From NCBI GenBank assembly GCA_964016885.1, contig OZ024751.1:40858001-40922000 (forward strand): DNA of 64,000 nucleotides, written 5' to 3'. Numbering within the stretch: position 1 is the stretch's first letter; each line of letters opens with the position of its first letter. This document shows positions 46,851 through 62,527 of this stretch, piece after piece. The position numbers and the translations under genes were made by a program. The notes below the pieces were generated by a model that was not told the DNA's origin, made no database searches, and was given only the letters and a program-made list of their open reading frames with translations. The DNA is from Eledone cirrhosa (lineage: Eukaryota).

Positions 46851-46984
46851 ATAATTTTTATTTTGCGTATTGTCACTGCATTACCGAGCACAGCTGTATG
46901 TGTCTTGGGTAGGTGCAGTGTTGTATTTGGTGTTGTTATTTCTATTATATTGAGAGTACTCTTCGTAATATGTGTACAGTGCCT

Positions 46985-47334
<350 letters not shown>

Positions 47335-48145
47335 TTGTTTTTGTTGCTGTAGTATTAGTAGTGGTCATTTTGTAGTTTTGTTGCTGAAAGATTCTTACAA
47401 ATACCATTGAATAATAACAGATTAGAAATCTTTTGAAATACCTGAAACTTTTAGTTCTATGATAGACCAATTACTGTCTCTTCAATGGCCATTTTGTTTT
47501 CTTATCTGCGCTGTTTACGTTTCTCTTTATTCAAATATAGAATCGGGTTGATTGATTACAAACACCATCTAATTATATTTAACCAATTGGAAGCTCCTTC
47601 GGCACGAATCTAACCACATATATTTCTCAACGTATTTCGTAACCTTTGCATGTTTTGTTTATTCAGGAACTGTAAGAGTAGTATAGGTTTTAGTTGTATC
47701 CTTAAATCTATTCCTTGGTTCAAATATCAATATAAACTTCCTTATACTTCAAAGAAGGAAAATCTTGAACGATTTTGTATTGTTTTTCATTGCGGGCTTA
47801 TGGAAAACAACAATTTATCAACTACACATTTCTAATCATCATCATCATCATCATTGAGATCACATTCGAACATTCCTGACAATATTTTTTCTCCATGTTT
47901 CACGATTTTTCGTTTCTCTCTACTGCCAACTGCTCCCTAATGAGGTTTGTATCGCCTGAGAGTTGATCGATAAATGTTCAAGCAAGTCTTCGTCTATTGC
48001 GTCTCCCACAATAGTAACTTGTGTATAATTTCCTGCTTACTTCTCCAGCAATGTCCTGCAAATTGTAACCGCTTTTGAGCAATCAATATATATACATATT
48101 CATATATATATACACACATATATATATATATATATACATACATAA

Positions 48146-48272
<127 letters not shown>

Positions 48273-49123
48273 TTGCTACTTATGTAGGCAGTCGATTTGT
48301 TATAGTTATTAGAGAGCAATCTTGGCTCTTTGTATTCTGAGTTCAAATCCTGCTGAGCCGAGGTTCAAATTGCCTTACATTCTTTCAGTGTCGATAAAGA
48401 AAGTACCAGACTTGAGCTGGTGCAGCCCTCTCTCCTTCAAGCTGTTACACTCCAGATGTTCCTCTGGATCGAGGGTTGAGAGTGGGCCTGTGTCTGCTCG
48501 TGATTACATAGGTACTTAAATTCCTTAAAGTATGCTCAGCTAAACATGACAACCAGTAGTAACTGGGAGTTAACACGGCGGTGAACTGGCGTCCTATCCA
48601 GAGGGTAGTCTTGTACTTTCATCCGCTTAATGCCGTGGAAACCAGAATAATTACCAGCCTGGTGAACCTACTGGCTCGGGACACACTTCAACCTTTTTAA
48701 ACCCTTTCTTTTAACTTTTAAAGAGATAAAAACTGATATTCTGCGTGTGTTGAACGAATGACGGTTAATTTGAATCACATCGAGGCAAAACTATTTTCAG
48801 AAAAATTCCTTAATGACATTATTACCCAAATATATTTTAAACTTCCTCGCCATGTGACGGACACCCGACGGACTTAAGCGACCACAGAGCTTGATTCAAC
48901 GGTAAAACATAAATCGTGATAAAAATAATGTATGTCACATGTAACATGTAACATCAAACAAACAGACATTACAGCAGCCTAGTTTGGTTGTTAGTAGTGT
49001 TGGAATGTACCAGCTAACACGTATGTTATACATCCCCATTTAATGTCACTACACCTCTCATTATAGTTCACTTTCTAAGTATAGCTTCTATTGGCCTGAA
49101 ATCTAAAGCGTGGACAAACATAT

Positions 49124-49165
<42 letters not shown>

Positions 49166-49352
49166 GCATACTCTCTCTCTCTCTACCCCCCTCTCACACA
49201 CACATACACACTTACTTATATATATATGTATATATGTGTGTGTGTGCGTGTGTACACGTGTTCGTATGCAAACACATCAAAGAAACACAAACATAAATGT
49301 ATGTATTAGTATATATGTATATATGTATGTATAAGTATATATGTGCGTATAA

Positions 49353-49473
<121 letters not shown>

Positions 49474-49625
49474 TATGTGTGTATGTGTGTACATATACAT
49501 TCATGCACACACATATATGTGTGTGCGTATGCAAACATACACAAAAACAAACAAATATATGTATATGTGTACATGTATGTGCGCGTACATATATATCCAT
49601 ACATACACATATGTATGTGTATATA

Positions 49626-49700
<75 letters not shown>

Positions 49701-51189
49701 ACACATAGACGGGAGAGAGCAATCAACAAACTCTCAAAGTAAATAAGGTTAGACGGAACAGCTCGGTAATATTTACATGCCTTCATAGTTTAACAGGTCA
49801 TACTAACAAGCCATACATATTGATCTTTTAGCTCCCAAGGCAAGCATTTCCACACCTACAACCAATGCATATTTAATCGTTATTTCATCAACCAGTACAC
49901 GCCGATGTATATGTCTTCTCTTATTTCATTTCTTTTCCTTTCCTAAGATGATTACTTTTATATTTTCCATCCACCGATTTTGTTATCCCGAATAGTTTCA
50001 GCAAATTAATTACACCGCACTATGCATTAAAAGTGCGCTATAATTTATTACAAGTTTCTTTTATAGGTAGAAAGCCTGAGAGTTTTCGGAGACATGAAAT
50101 AAAATACTATAGCTTTGACATATTTCTCTGGAGGCATTTCGTAGTGAAAGCTGTAAGGTAAATGCCACATTCGCCGTAAAGCACATAATCTGGAAATAGA
50201 TTTAATGCAAATAAAGGAAAGTAAGTGTGATTTCCTTTGGGGGAAGACGAAAGCCTTGTGAGTAAAACTGAGTTGGTGAAAACTAAGTGGAAACCTATTG
50301 GATGGAATGTACCAGTAATACAATGGGGAAGTTTTGTCACACTCTCCCTCCATGTTAAATCTACTCGGGAATTACGCTAAGGGCAAGTACATGTATCTGT
50401 AAGGGAGTTTGACTAAGTCGTTACAACGTTGGATTAAAATGCCTCTCTATTTTGTTCCAGTTCGCTGCACTCTGAGTTCAAATCCCACCGAAGTTAACTC
50501 TGCATTTCATCCTTCTGAAATCAATCAATAAAAATAGCTACAGTGAAGTGTTCGGGTTTATTCTCTCTCAGAACAAATACCACGATGGCATTTTAACCAT
50601 CGCTCTACCAATTCTACCAAAGCCACCGCCATTTATATCAGCAGCTCTACATATTAAACAAATAGACCAGATACCATTAGTGGTCCTCTATTAAACCTCC
50701 TCGAGATCTCAATACTAACAATGATTTGAGCCAGAGTCTTTGTAATCAATTCTGAGAGATCTTGAGTGAAGAAGTTTGGATCAATCTTAAGTGGGGAAAG
50801 TGGGAGTAAGAGTCAGAAAGGAGAAGGGGGAAGAGTAGATGAGAAAGAAAATGTAGAATAACAAGAGAGGGGTAAATAGAAAGAACAGGTTGTAAAGAGA
50901 TAGAAGAAAAGAAGAGAAGAGGGTGGGGGATGAAAAACACTCAAGTTTGACCAGAATGTGAAGAGAGTAATAATGCCGGAAGAATATTTTTAGAAGTTGT
51001 GTGAGAGATGTGTAAATAATTAATTGATTAAGGCAATTAAAATCACTTTAAATGTTCAAGCAGTTAGAATTAAAATTAACATAAATTTGATGTTGTTTAG
51101 GATAATTGCAAAGAAGCTATTTAATTTTAAAATACAACATAAAATATGTTTTAAAATAGATGAAGGCTATGGCAGGAGTAAAGGTAGCG

Positions 51190-51445
51190 GGAGGGAGAAC
51201 GGGGGGAAGAATTATGAAATAGGGTAAGCCGGGTGGATTGAAGAACAAGGGATAGAAAGATGGGTGGATGAAGGTGAGAGTATGGGTGAGAGAAGCACGA
51301 AGGAGAATGGGGGGAAGAATTACGTAAGAGAGTAAGCCGGGTGGGTTGAAGAATAAAGTACGGCGAAATGGGTGGATGAAGGCGGAGGTAGGAGTGAAGG
51401 AGAATGGTGAGAAGCATGAAGAGGGTAAGCCAGGTGGGATAATGA
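51190..51445. repeat. Purine-rich tandem repeat of about 109 bp, about 2.3 copies
   Basis: ggagaaYggggggaagaatta..gtaagccgggtgg..tgaagaa recurs at about 51193, 51302 and partly 51408. Confidence 0.65.
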
Positions 51446-51954
51446 ATGAGGGATAGAAAGACGTATGGGTAATGTATAGCTGACTAAACACCTGACATAC
51501 TTGACTAAAGAACGAGGAATAAAATAGAGAACATGACAAAAGATTATTTTAGGAGTAATACTAGAATCATTAAAAGACATTCAAATGAATAAAATGACTT
51601 TGAGTTATTAACGAGGGTTAAGGATAATTATTCTTAATAACCTGGGCTGATTACTAGGATTAATTAAAAAGAGCAATTCAAATTTAAAAAAAATAAAAAA
51701 AATATAAAGAACGTATTAAAATTTAAATTTAGTTCGTGACGCAAATGGTAAAACACTGTTGAGAGAAAGAAAGGTGTTTATATTGGGATGTGTAAGGAGA
51801 TTGGATGGTGTAGACAGTTTGGTAATGAAGGAATAATGTGGATTAACAAACTATGGTTATGTTTGCTGACGAAATGAGCCTTGACGTAATGAAAGCCATG
51901 ATGAAGGACGGCTTTCAGGCGGTTAACCAAAATTGAACTACATTTGGGTAAGGA

Positions 51955-52208
51955 TGAAGTCGCATGATTTAGTGGTTAGAGCATTGGGCTTGCAATCGAA
52001 AGGTTGTGAGTTCAATTCTCGGACCGGGTGATGTGTTGTTTCCTTGAGCAAGACACTTTATTTCACGTTGCCCCAGTTTACTCATCTGTAGGAATGAGAT
52101 GATAGGACTGGGGTCCCTATCATTAAAAAATACCCAAGACACCTCCAACGAGATATACCTTGGAGGAGGCCAGCTAAACCTGCATAGGTGTGAGCTGTCA
52201 CACACACA
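51955..52208 (+). mobile_element. tRNA-derived CORE-SINE
   Basis: tRNA head, CORE domain and tail matching the reverse complement of 22186-22432, ending in (CA)n. Confidence 0.85.
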
Positions 52209-52609
52209 TAAGGATGAGGAGGTAAACAGGGATTCAAAACGAAAGACGATGGACAACATAAAGAACAGAAGATAAATAGAACGAGTGTGCAAACAAATAA
52301 AAGTATTGAATATAAGACAGGTAAAACAAAATAAAGGTATAAACAAGTATGATAAATACCAAAAAAAAAAAAAAAAAGCTAGAGTAATAGAGAAAAAACG
52401 ATAAGCTTGTAAAGTTAAGGTTAGTAAAGAGAAGATAGGTCTAGTGTCATGTGATTGTAGACAACGAGAAGTGTTTTCAAGTTAAATGTCAAAGAGCAAA
52501 GTTCTAGCTGAGTAGGTTCAAATTCAAAGATCAGTATGTGTACGTGTATATAATAGACGGTTAAAGTGTGTATAATATGGGGTTGTGTGAGTATAATACT
52601 AAGTTAAGT

Positions 52610-52648
<39 letters not shown>

Positions 52649-52739
52649 GGTGGTAGCACTACCATTTGTTTATTGTATATGAACGTTTAATGTATGTTTG
52701 TGTATGTTTTCATATGTGCCTCACTCTCTTCCTTTCTCT

Positions 52740-52824
<85 letters not shown>

Positions 52825-53099
52825 TGCATGTGTGTTTTATGCATAAATGCATGTATGTATGTTTTTATGTATGTATGTATGTATGAATGTGTAATGAAAA
52901 CTATCGTGTAGTGAAAAAAATCGATATCTCTTCTTTCTCACTATTCAATATACCTTCTTTACATTGACATGAAGATATTTTAGCATCCAACAGAAAATAT
53001 TTGTGAGAGAACGGCTGTGTGATTATTCCAGGTTATTTGAAACACATCTATATATGTATTTATGAGCAAGGCTATAGGTGATATAAATAGGAATGCGTC

Positions 53100-53141
<42 letters not shown>

Positions 53142-54044
53142 TGTATTTATGTGTGTGCATTTTATATGTATTATAAATAAGTATGACTATAAATATATGC
53201 ATTCTCGTGTGCATGTCTGAATATGTGTGTCGAACAAGCCAAGGAAGAATCTAGAAACTTGATACATAGACGTACCAAGATTTATATATATATGTATATA
53301 TATATATATATATATATGTATATAGTAATAATAATAAATTTGAAGACTATATATATATATATATAAAGAGAGAGAGATTATTGTCTATATATGTAGATAT
53401 ATATTGTTCTATATATTGGTATATATTATTGTATTTATATAATTAAATCTTTCGGTATATTTTCTTCTTGTCTTAGTGAGGTGAAAACCGAAGATTGAAT
53501 GGTAAATAAGTGCTTCGGTTTTCTGTAGTTAGTGTCGTCTGCAGACATTGTAAAATGAAGCGATCGATTTATCTATTTGCACAACACTGCCTACAAAATG
53601 TAAACATATATTTTTATTTACAGTATTTTTACAGATATATTAACGAGTTTTTCTTATGCAAATACACCTAATTTTCGGCCACAGAGAGAGAGATAGAGAG
53701 AGGGAGAGAGAGAGAGAATACAGATAGACAACGTCTTTGGCTGAGAACAAGTTAGATCCCCCCCTCCCCCTCCTTCATTTGTCTTCCATTTGTATTCAAT
53801 GAATTTCACATAAAAAATATTTTAGAGCGTTTTTGACAGATTGTAAAGTTCAGGTGACAGACGGACAAAATGGCCATACATTTATTATAATAAAGATCCA
53901 TGACAGCTCAACAAATAAAATGAATGTCCTTGTTAAGGAGACATTTTTCTATAAACTGTTCAATATCAGAAAATAAACAGCCGGACTCGGGACATCATTT
54001 TAACGGTATTCAAGTTATATTTAGAATTTCTCAATCAATAAGAG

Positions 54045-54420
54045 TGATAGATTGGCAGTATCGGCAGAACGTCGGACAACATGTTTTGCGGCATATAGTT
54101 ACATCCCTTGTGTCCTGGGTTCCAATCCCGCCGAGGCTAACTTTGTCTTTCAACCTTACGGGGTCGATAAAATAAGGTACCAGTAACAGACTGAGGTCGA
54201 TTTAATCGACTTTCCCTCCTTCCCTTAAAAAATGATTGGCCTTGTACGTAAATCAGAAACAAAAAAATGGCGGTGAACCGGCAGAATCGTTAGAGCGTTG
54301 AAACAAGATTGTTTTGGTATTTGTTACTGGTCACTGTGTTCTGAGTTCAATTCTCACCCAGGTAGACGTTGCCATTTATCCTTCCGAGGTTGATAGATAA
54401 AGTATCAGTCCTGTACTGAG
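54045..54420 (+). mobile_element. Two tandem diverged Meta-like SINEs
   Basis: Heads ttggcagtatcggcag and ggcggtgaaccggcagaatcg, each followed by the core. Confidence 0.75.
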
Positions 54421-55090
54421 TTTTGATTCTTCCTCTTCCTCTCTCATCATCTCCCCATCTCCCTCATACTCATATTATATATATCTCTCTCTCTTTTCTA
54501 GAAGAAGGAGAAAAAGAAAACAGTTGTGTTCTACCAGGTTTCAAATCCCCAAGATAGAGTCGTAAGGGCACACGGTCTATCGGGGTTTAAGGGTCATTTA
54601 TCTTCACCATACTTCTCTATTTTATAAAACCACCAAACATATTTCCTGGATGAAAAAATCTATCATTAGATCTTCATGAATTGATTTAGTAGTCTTCCAC
54701 GTTGAATTGTCGCTGGAATCTGGTCGTACGGTAATGCACCAATACAAAATATGTAGAGTTTAGACTACCTTAACAGTTCTGCATCACGACATTTGTATAT
54801 CACTTTATCTGAATTGTAGCGTTCCCAACCACCACCACCACCACCATTAGCACTATCACCACTATCCCCACCACCACCACCAACAACAACAACAATAACA
54901 ACAACAGCAACAACAACAACACCACTACCATCACCATATCTCTTTCTGCTACTATATTTATTATCTCATTGTTTCCCCCCCCCCCCTCTCCCTCTCTCTC
55001 TCTCTCACACACAAATATAATGTAGCGTTCCCGGCTCGGAGACCGAAAAGAATATATATACATACATATATATATATATACATACATACT

Positions 55091-55122
<32 letters not shown>

Positions 55123-55123
55123 C

Positions 55124-55244
<121 letters not shown>

Positions 55245-55248
55245 CATA

Positions 55249-55337
<89 letters not shown>

Positions 55338-56792
55338 ATACACGTGTGTGCATGGATAGATACGATATATCGTTAGATATTGCTTAAGTTTGATCTGCAT
55401 CCAGATTGCACCTGACAAGTGAAAATCAAGCCCTGATAGTTATTTATACATCGCAAGAAATAAAAAGACAGCGGCCATCTTAAAACATCACAAGAAGTTT
55501 TTCACCAAGTCAAAAGCTTCACTATGTCGTATGTGAGAACATCTTAGTAAGAAACCATTAGGAACTATAAAGATTATAAGAAAGCATAAATCCTCGATCT
55601 AATGGTTAATGCACCTCTACCACAAGCCACACACATATGTTCCTACTTCTATTTCTCCTTACGAGTACATCTATTACACAGAACTGGCGTTGCATACATA
55701 TCCCTTTATGTATATTTACACATAAACATGTTTATTTAGAAAAAAAGTATCAAATGCCTTTGTTGATCATTTATGTATGTAATCCAGTTACATAGATGTG
55801 GATATATTTGCATCCTTAGACATATTTCCGCACAATCATATACACTTTTTATCATGCAAATACACATACATATACATATATACATACACATATTCCTATG
55901 CGTATACAAACGTATAAGTTTTATTACACGCATACACATACGCATATACATACATGCACAAACGTATAGTGTTTTTATTTCACTTATTCAGGCATACAAA
56001 TACATACATACAAACCTTTAGGTTTATTACATACGTACACATACACCTACACATATAGGTACGTATACTAATATACAAATATATTGTTGTTGTTACACAC
56101 ATACACATACACACACATACATACAAACGTATAGATTTTATTATACATATACAGATACACATCCACTTAAAAGTAGAAACACAGTTTTTATTGCATACAC
56201 ATATATCGTACTTATCTATCTATATTTATCCTGCTATAAATCATAGACAGAAATTCCCATCTGTACGAAGCATAAACAATATTGAATATCGATATGTTGT
56301 TCATATTACATTGCAAAGGCTTATCAACTCTTTAGTGCAGAGATAAAAAAATTATGTTATAATATCTGTAAGACATTCGGGCGCTGCTTTCTGGCCGTAA
56401 TCAAATGTTTTAGTTTAATTTAATACAAACTAATGTTTCTGCTTCGATCAATCCTGCATTTTGTTTATTGTGCATTAGAATACACGTCAGATGTTTCTAT
56501 TCTTTTATTCTGCTATTCTGCTACTGGCTTCAGCCATTATACTGCGGTTAAACTGGTTAGTCGAAGGCTCATCAGGCCAGTGATTATCCTCGGTTTTCAT
56601 GGCGTTAAGCGACTGAGAGTATAATACTCTCCATGGACAGGACGCCGATCTATCGCAGGGTTAAAACTTCCAGCTATTACTGGTACTCACTCTCAGCTGA
56701 GTGTACAGGAGCCACATGAAATAAAGTATTTTACTCAAGAACACAATGCAACACCCTCTCCAACTACAGTGGAGTAACTTGGAGTAAATGTG

Positions 56793-56867
<75 letters not shown>

Positions 56868-57567
56868 TCAAGGAGGCGAAACGCCACCAGGAATAGAACA
56901 CACGAGATTACGATTGTAATCCGAACATTCTAACCATTACGCCCCGCACCGTAACATGTAACAGACAATAATTTTGTAAGATATGGGGAAAAAAATTGAT
57001 GAATACAAAATTTTATCCATGTTTAAAATTTATCAGGATATGAAATTAATTGAATTTCTCGAGATATATAATTTAAAATAATTTCATATTAAATTGAAGC
57101 CAAAAAAAATAAAAAAATAAAGATGAAATAATTAGATTATTATAATGAATATTTCAATTTAAGACTAACTAAGTGTACATTAATGTTAATAAGACGATAA
57201 TAATGGGGGAACTACCAACGTTGGGAGGAAAATAAATAGACATTTTAAAGAAAATGAAAAAGTAGCGTCTTATTATTTCTTTAATCTCCGTCAAACAGCA
57301 AATCTTTCTATCTTCCAGCCATGCCCTTCTCCTCTCAATTTTCCCCTTTCACCTGTTTTTTTTGTCTCGTTTCTCTCTTTCTCTGTTATTTTCCTTTCTT
57401 TCTCCCTTCCTTCCTTTCTCTTCCCCCCTCTCTCTCTCTCTATTGTATTATATTATATTATATTATATTGTATATATAAAATATATATCATATTTAATAT
57501 ATAATATACATATATTATACGTATCATATATAATATATGATATATATATATATATATAATATATATG

Positions 57568-57606
<39 letters not shown>

Positions 57607-57702
57607 TATATATATTATACACACACACACACAAATATATTTTCTTCCTAATAATCGTCTCTTTCTCCCTGTTTTCATATATATATATATATATATATAT
57701 CA

Positions 57703-58094
57703 TAATATATATTTATAAATTTACAAATTTATAAATTTCTGGTTGGTTGGTTGGTTCCACAACCAGATAGTTGTTTATATATATATAGTCATAGTTCTTT
57801 CGTCACACACTCTGTGACCTCTTCAGTGACTGGGGATAGAAGAAAGATGGCGTAGGATAGAAGAAAGGAAAGGCACAGAAACGAAGAAAGAAATCCCCAG
57901 TCACTGAAGAGGTCACAGAGTGTGTGACGAAAGAACTATGACTATATATATATAAACAACTATCTGGTTGTGGAACCAACCAACCAACCAGAAATTTATA
58001 AATTTGTAAATTTATAAATATATATTAAATTAAATTGAAGTGAAAGCAACTGGTGCGTGTGTTTCTTATTGGCAACATGACCCTCCCAAAGTAT

Positions 58095-58100
<6 letters not shown>
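57703..58100. mobile_element. Family F element with perfect inverted arms of about 135 bp
   Basis: 57703-57837 is inverted to 57893-58027. Confidence 0.85.
57899..57943 (+). ncRNA. Minimal type I hammerhead ribozyme (family F); mirror on - strand at 57787-57831
   Basis: AGTCA-CTGAAGA-G GTCAC(AGAGTGT)GTGAC-GAA-AGAACT-A-TGACT. Confidence 0.7.
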
Positions 58101-58153
<53 letters not shown>

Positions 58154-58162
58154 AGGCAGGTC

Positions 58163-58237
<75 letters not shown>

Positions 58238-58249
58238 AGGCAGGTCTAT

Positions 58250-58286
<37 letters not shown>

Positions 58287-58299
58287 TTATATATATATA

Positions 58300-58353
<54 letters not shown>

Positions 58354-58381
58354 ATCAAAAGATGGTTAAAAGAGTTCCATG

Positions 58382-58450
58382 TATTTTATTATGCGCATTT
58401 CAAAAACATATCATCATGCAATAACATTTGTGTTTTCGTCAGATAAAATA
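58382..58450 (-). ncRNA. Type I hammerhead ribozyme (family G)
   Basis: Reverse complement TATTTTAT-CTGACGA-[helix II]-GAA-ATGCGCAT-A-ATAAAATA, with a perfect 8-bp helix I. N7 is C here versus U in the 41047 copy. Confidence 0.8.
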
Positions 58451-58525
58451 GGGAGACATGATATGAAGGTTAAAATACACTTGCGAATAGTGCAGTTTTA
58501 AATCAACATATCATATATATATATA

Positions 58526-58894
58526 TATAAACGTTTGAATATGTATAATAAAGCCAAAACAATGCAGGTATGGACATAGAAAAAAGAATGCAATTGCAAA
58601 AGATATTGTTGACAATTCGTCTTTTAACTTAGATTTATTTTAAACGTCCTTAATGGCTTGGCAAGATATTTAGAACGCTGGTTTGAGACCTTTATTTCCC
58701 TCTGAAGAAGAGATATTATCTCAAAAATTAAGGACGTTTAAAATAAATCTAAGGTAAAAGACGAATTGTCAACAATATCTTTTGCAATTGCATTCTTTTT
58801 TCTATGTCCATACCTGCATTGTTTTGGCTTTATTACACATATTCAAACGTTTATACCTCATTACACAATGCTTCAAGTGAACTATAACCTCCTC

Positions 58895-58898
<4 letters not shown>
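58526..58898. mobile_element. Family H element: inverted arms of about 129 bp and a degenerate hammerhead at 58699-58733
   Basis: 58526-58654 is inverted to 58727-58855. The motif reads CCT-CTGAAGA-A GAGAT(ATT)ATCTC-AAA(G12>A)-AATT-A-AGG. Confidence 0.7.
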
Positions 58899-58979
<81 letters not shown>

Positions 58980-59077
58980 CAGACCTGCCAACCTCCAAAA
59001 AACCAAATCGTCGAGTACCATGAATAAAAAGTGCTCCAAAACGGGGAGAATTGAGGCAAAATGGAGAGATTTTACAG

Positions 59078-59263
59078 AATTGTTTCTACTTTAGGCACAA
59101 GGCCAGCAATAACCCAGTGCATTACTGGTACTTTATTTTATCGACCCCGTAAGGATGAAAGGCAAAGATAACCACGGCAGGATTTGAACTCAGAATGGCA
59201 AGGGCCGTAACTCTATGCGTCAAAGCATGGCGTCCGACCCTCTACCGATACTACCAATCCACC
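59078..59263 (-). mobile_element. Meta-like SINE, near full length
   Basis: Reverse complement of the 9563-9752 consensus. Another 3' half lies at 60670-60777. Confidence 0.85.
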
Positions 59264-59499
59264 ACATAATGAAAGCTATACCCATTTTCAGAAGAGAAGA
59301 CAACTCTCACCCACCCCAAAGTGGATGGGAGATCTACCCGTCAGACGGGGTGAGTTGACAGGTCTGATATAAGCATCTCTAGCAACGTGGTAAGAAACTC
59401 TCAGGAGAGCTGGGTAGTAGAACGTCTCCAGAGAAAAGGCTTCCCTCAAGCAAGTGTTTCAGTCTATTATTTTTAAATTTAATATCATTTTTCCTTAAA

Positions 59500-59678
59500 T
59501 TATGTGTTAACAAATACCAGAAGGACTGAGAGGAGGTGGTTCAAGAATGGAGAAGACTCCTGCACAGTGTGTAGATGCGAGTGTTCATTATCATGCAAGC
59601 GTCAAAGTTTTATATGGTTATGAAAGTAAATAATATCTCAACCGAAATTTTCTCATTATTTATTGAACACACCCCGTA
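59500..59678 (+). mobile_element. Degenerate mariner-type transposon 3' end
   Basis: Frameshifted remnants EWRR / QCVDASVHY resemble the mariner C-terminal W..R..KCV...G.Y. It ends in a TIR-like ttattgaacacaccccg followed by TA. Confidence 0.45.
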
Positions 59679-59706
59679 TATATATATATGAGATAGAGGG
59701 AGCGAT

Positions 59707-59781
<75 letters not shown>

Positions 59782-59840
59782 TTTATATATATACACACAT
59801 ACACACACATATTTGTATATAGATAGATAATTAATTAATT

Positions 59841-60014
<174 letters not shown>

Positions 60015-61055
60015 CGTGTATTTGTGCTTGCGTTTGCATTCCTTACTTATTCGATATATATCGATAAAATAATGAGCAGACAGTAATAATTGGTGGCGTT
60101 GATATGATCGATTGAACTCTTTGATGGTGATACACAGCATGGCCGCAGTCCAATGGCTGAAACCAATGAAAGAATAATCGAACATGTTTGAAACATATTT
60201 AATCTTGTATCAATGGAGGGAAATGTTTGAGGTTGTAACTAGAGAGGTTTTTGGCAACAGTTCACATACTTGATTTTGACACAGGCTTTATATACTATAT
60301 GTATTGCCACTGACTTGACTTATTGCTTTCAGCTTTACAGTCACATATATCTGACAGAGGTCGTGATAAATATGGTGCAGTAATGAGTATACAGTAGAAT
60401 GTGCAGCTCAGTGCAGCTCAGTGCAACAATGTACAATTCCGTGCAATAATCTGCAACTCTGTGCAGCAATGTGTAAGTTCGCATCACAATCTGCAACTCC
60501 GAGCCACTACGTGAAACTACGTGAAACTCCGTGCAACTCCGTGCAGAAATGTATAATGCCACATCAGAATGTTCAATTCCGTGCCACAATGCACGACTCA
60601 GTGCCACAATCTGAAACTCTGCACCACAATATGTAACCCCATGCAACAATGTGTGTGTAGCTCCGTGTTATAATTGTTTCTACTTTTGGCACAAGGCCAG
60701 CAATTATCCCAGTGTATTACTGGTACTTTATTTTATCGACCCCGTAAGGATGAAAGGCAAAGTTAACCTCGGCGGGAAAAGATATCAATGATTTCCCGTC
60801 AGTCTAAATATCTCCACACATCTCAGTTAAAACTTACTCATTTCAAATCTCTCAATTCACCATCACTGTTCGTATTTCCAGATACAGTCTTCAGACCGTG
60901 ACTTTTTAAAGTATATCAACAAAGTTTGTGGTTTGACTCCTATGATTAATCCGCCCATATATTAGCTGTCATAGCAACAAAATTTGAGGTCATTTCTTCA
61001 GGATGTGTCTCATACAGTGACTTTCCAATCGTAATCTGTATTGCTGATGTAACGC

Positions 61056-62139
61056 TTCCGCCATCTTAAGCCCCATATATAACATACGTAATACATTCCG
61101 CCATCTTAAGCCCCATATCTAACATACGTAATTCATTCCGCCATCTTAAGTCCCATATATAATATACGTAATATATTCCGCCATCTTAAGCCCCATATAT
61201 AACATACGTAATGCATTCCGCCATCTTAAGCCCCATATCTAACATACGTAATTCATTCCGCCATCTTAAGTCCCATATATAATATACGTAATATATTCCG
61301 CCATCTTAAGCCCCATATATAACATACGTAATGCATTCCGCCATCTTAAGCCCCATATCTAACATACGTAATTCATTCCGCCATCTTAAGTCCCATATAT
61401 AATATACGTAATATATTCCGCCATCTTAAGCCCCATATATAACATACGTAATGCATTCCGCCATCTTAAGCCCCATATATAATATACGTAATACATTCCG
61501 CCATCTTAAGCCCCATATATAACATACGTAATACATTCCATCATCTTAAGCCCCATATATAATATACGTAACACATTCCGCCATCTTAAGCCCCATATAT
61601 AACATACGTAACACATTCCGCCATCTTAAGCCCCATATATAACATACGTAATACATTCCGCCATCTTAAGCCCCATATATAACATACGTAATACATTCCG
61701 CCATCTTAAGTCCCATATATAACATACGTAATACATTCCATCATCTTAAGTCCCATATATAACATACGTAATATATTCCGCCATCTTAAGTCCCATATAT
61801 AACATACATAACACATTCCGCCATCTTAAGTCCCATATATAACATACGTAATACATTCCACCATCTTAAGTCCCATATATAACATACGTAATACATTCCG
61901 CCATCTTAAGTCCCATATATAACATACGTAATACATTCCACCATCTTAAGTCCCATATATAACATACGTAATACATTCCGCCATCTTAAGTCCCATATAT
62001 AACATACGTAATACATTCCGCCATCTTAAGCCCCATATATAACATACGTAATACATTCCGCCATCTTAAGCCCCATATCTAACATACGTAATATATTCCG
62101 CCATCTTAAGCCCCATATCTAACATACGTAATACATTCC
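61056..62139. repeat. 40-bp minisatellite, about 27 copies
   Basis: Unit ttccgccatcttaagccccatatataacatacgtaataca. Highly homogeneous, with a local 120-bp higher-order repeat. Confidence 0.95.
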
Positions 62140-62454
62140 TTCGAGCTGAATTTCAACCTTCTATGTGAGTATCCACGTCATATAATTATGTAAAAGTAAA
62201 AGAAAAAAATTGATTTGCTCAGCCAAATAATTTATGAACAAAAAATATTCTGTAAATAATGTGCCAGCCTATAAAACAGAAAGTTACAGTGTGTCTGTCT
62301 ATCTTCACACGAGAAATTATCAATGTTGATATTTTCTCGCGTGTTGATAGTTAAGCTCAACACTTAAAACTTAATTATTCTTGTTCAAGTGAATGTCCTG
62401 TTTATTCGTATTTGGTATATATGGTATATATAGTAATTCTATTTGTATATAGTA

Positions 62455-62527
<73 letters not shown>

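Noticed and set aside
61056-62139. CRISPR-like periodic array
   Set aside because: There are no unique spacers, and the units are near-identical along their whole length. The context is eukaryotic. The same applies to 16157-16620 and 42885-43243.
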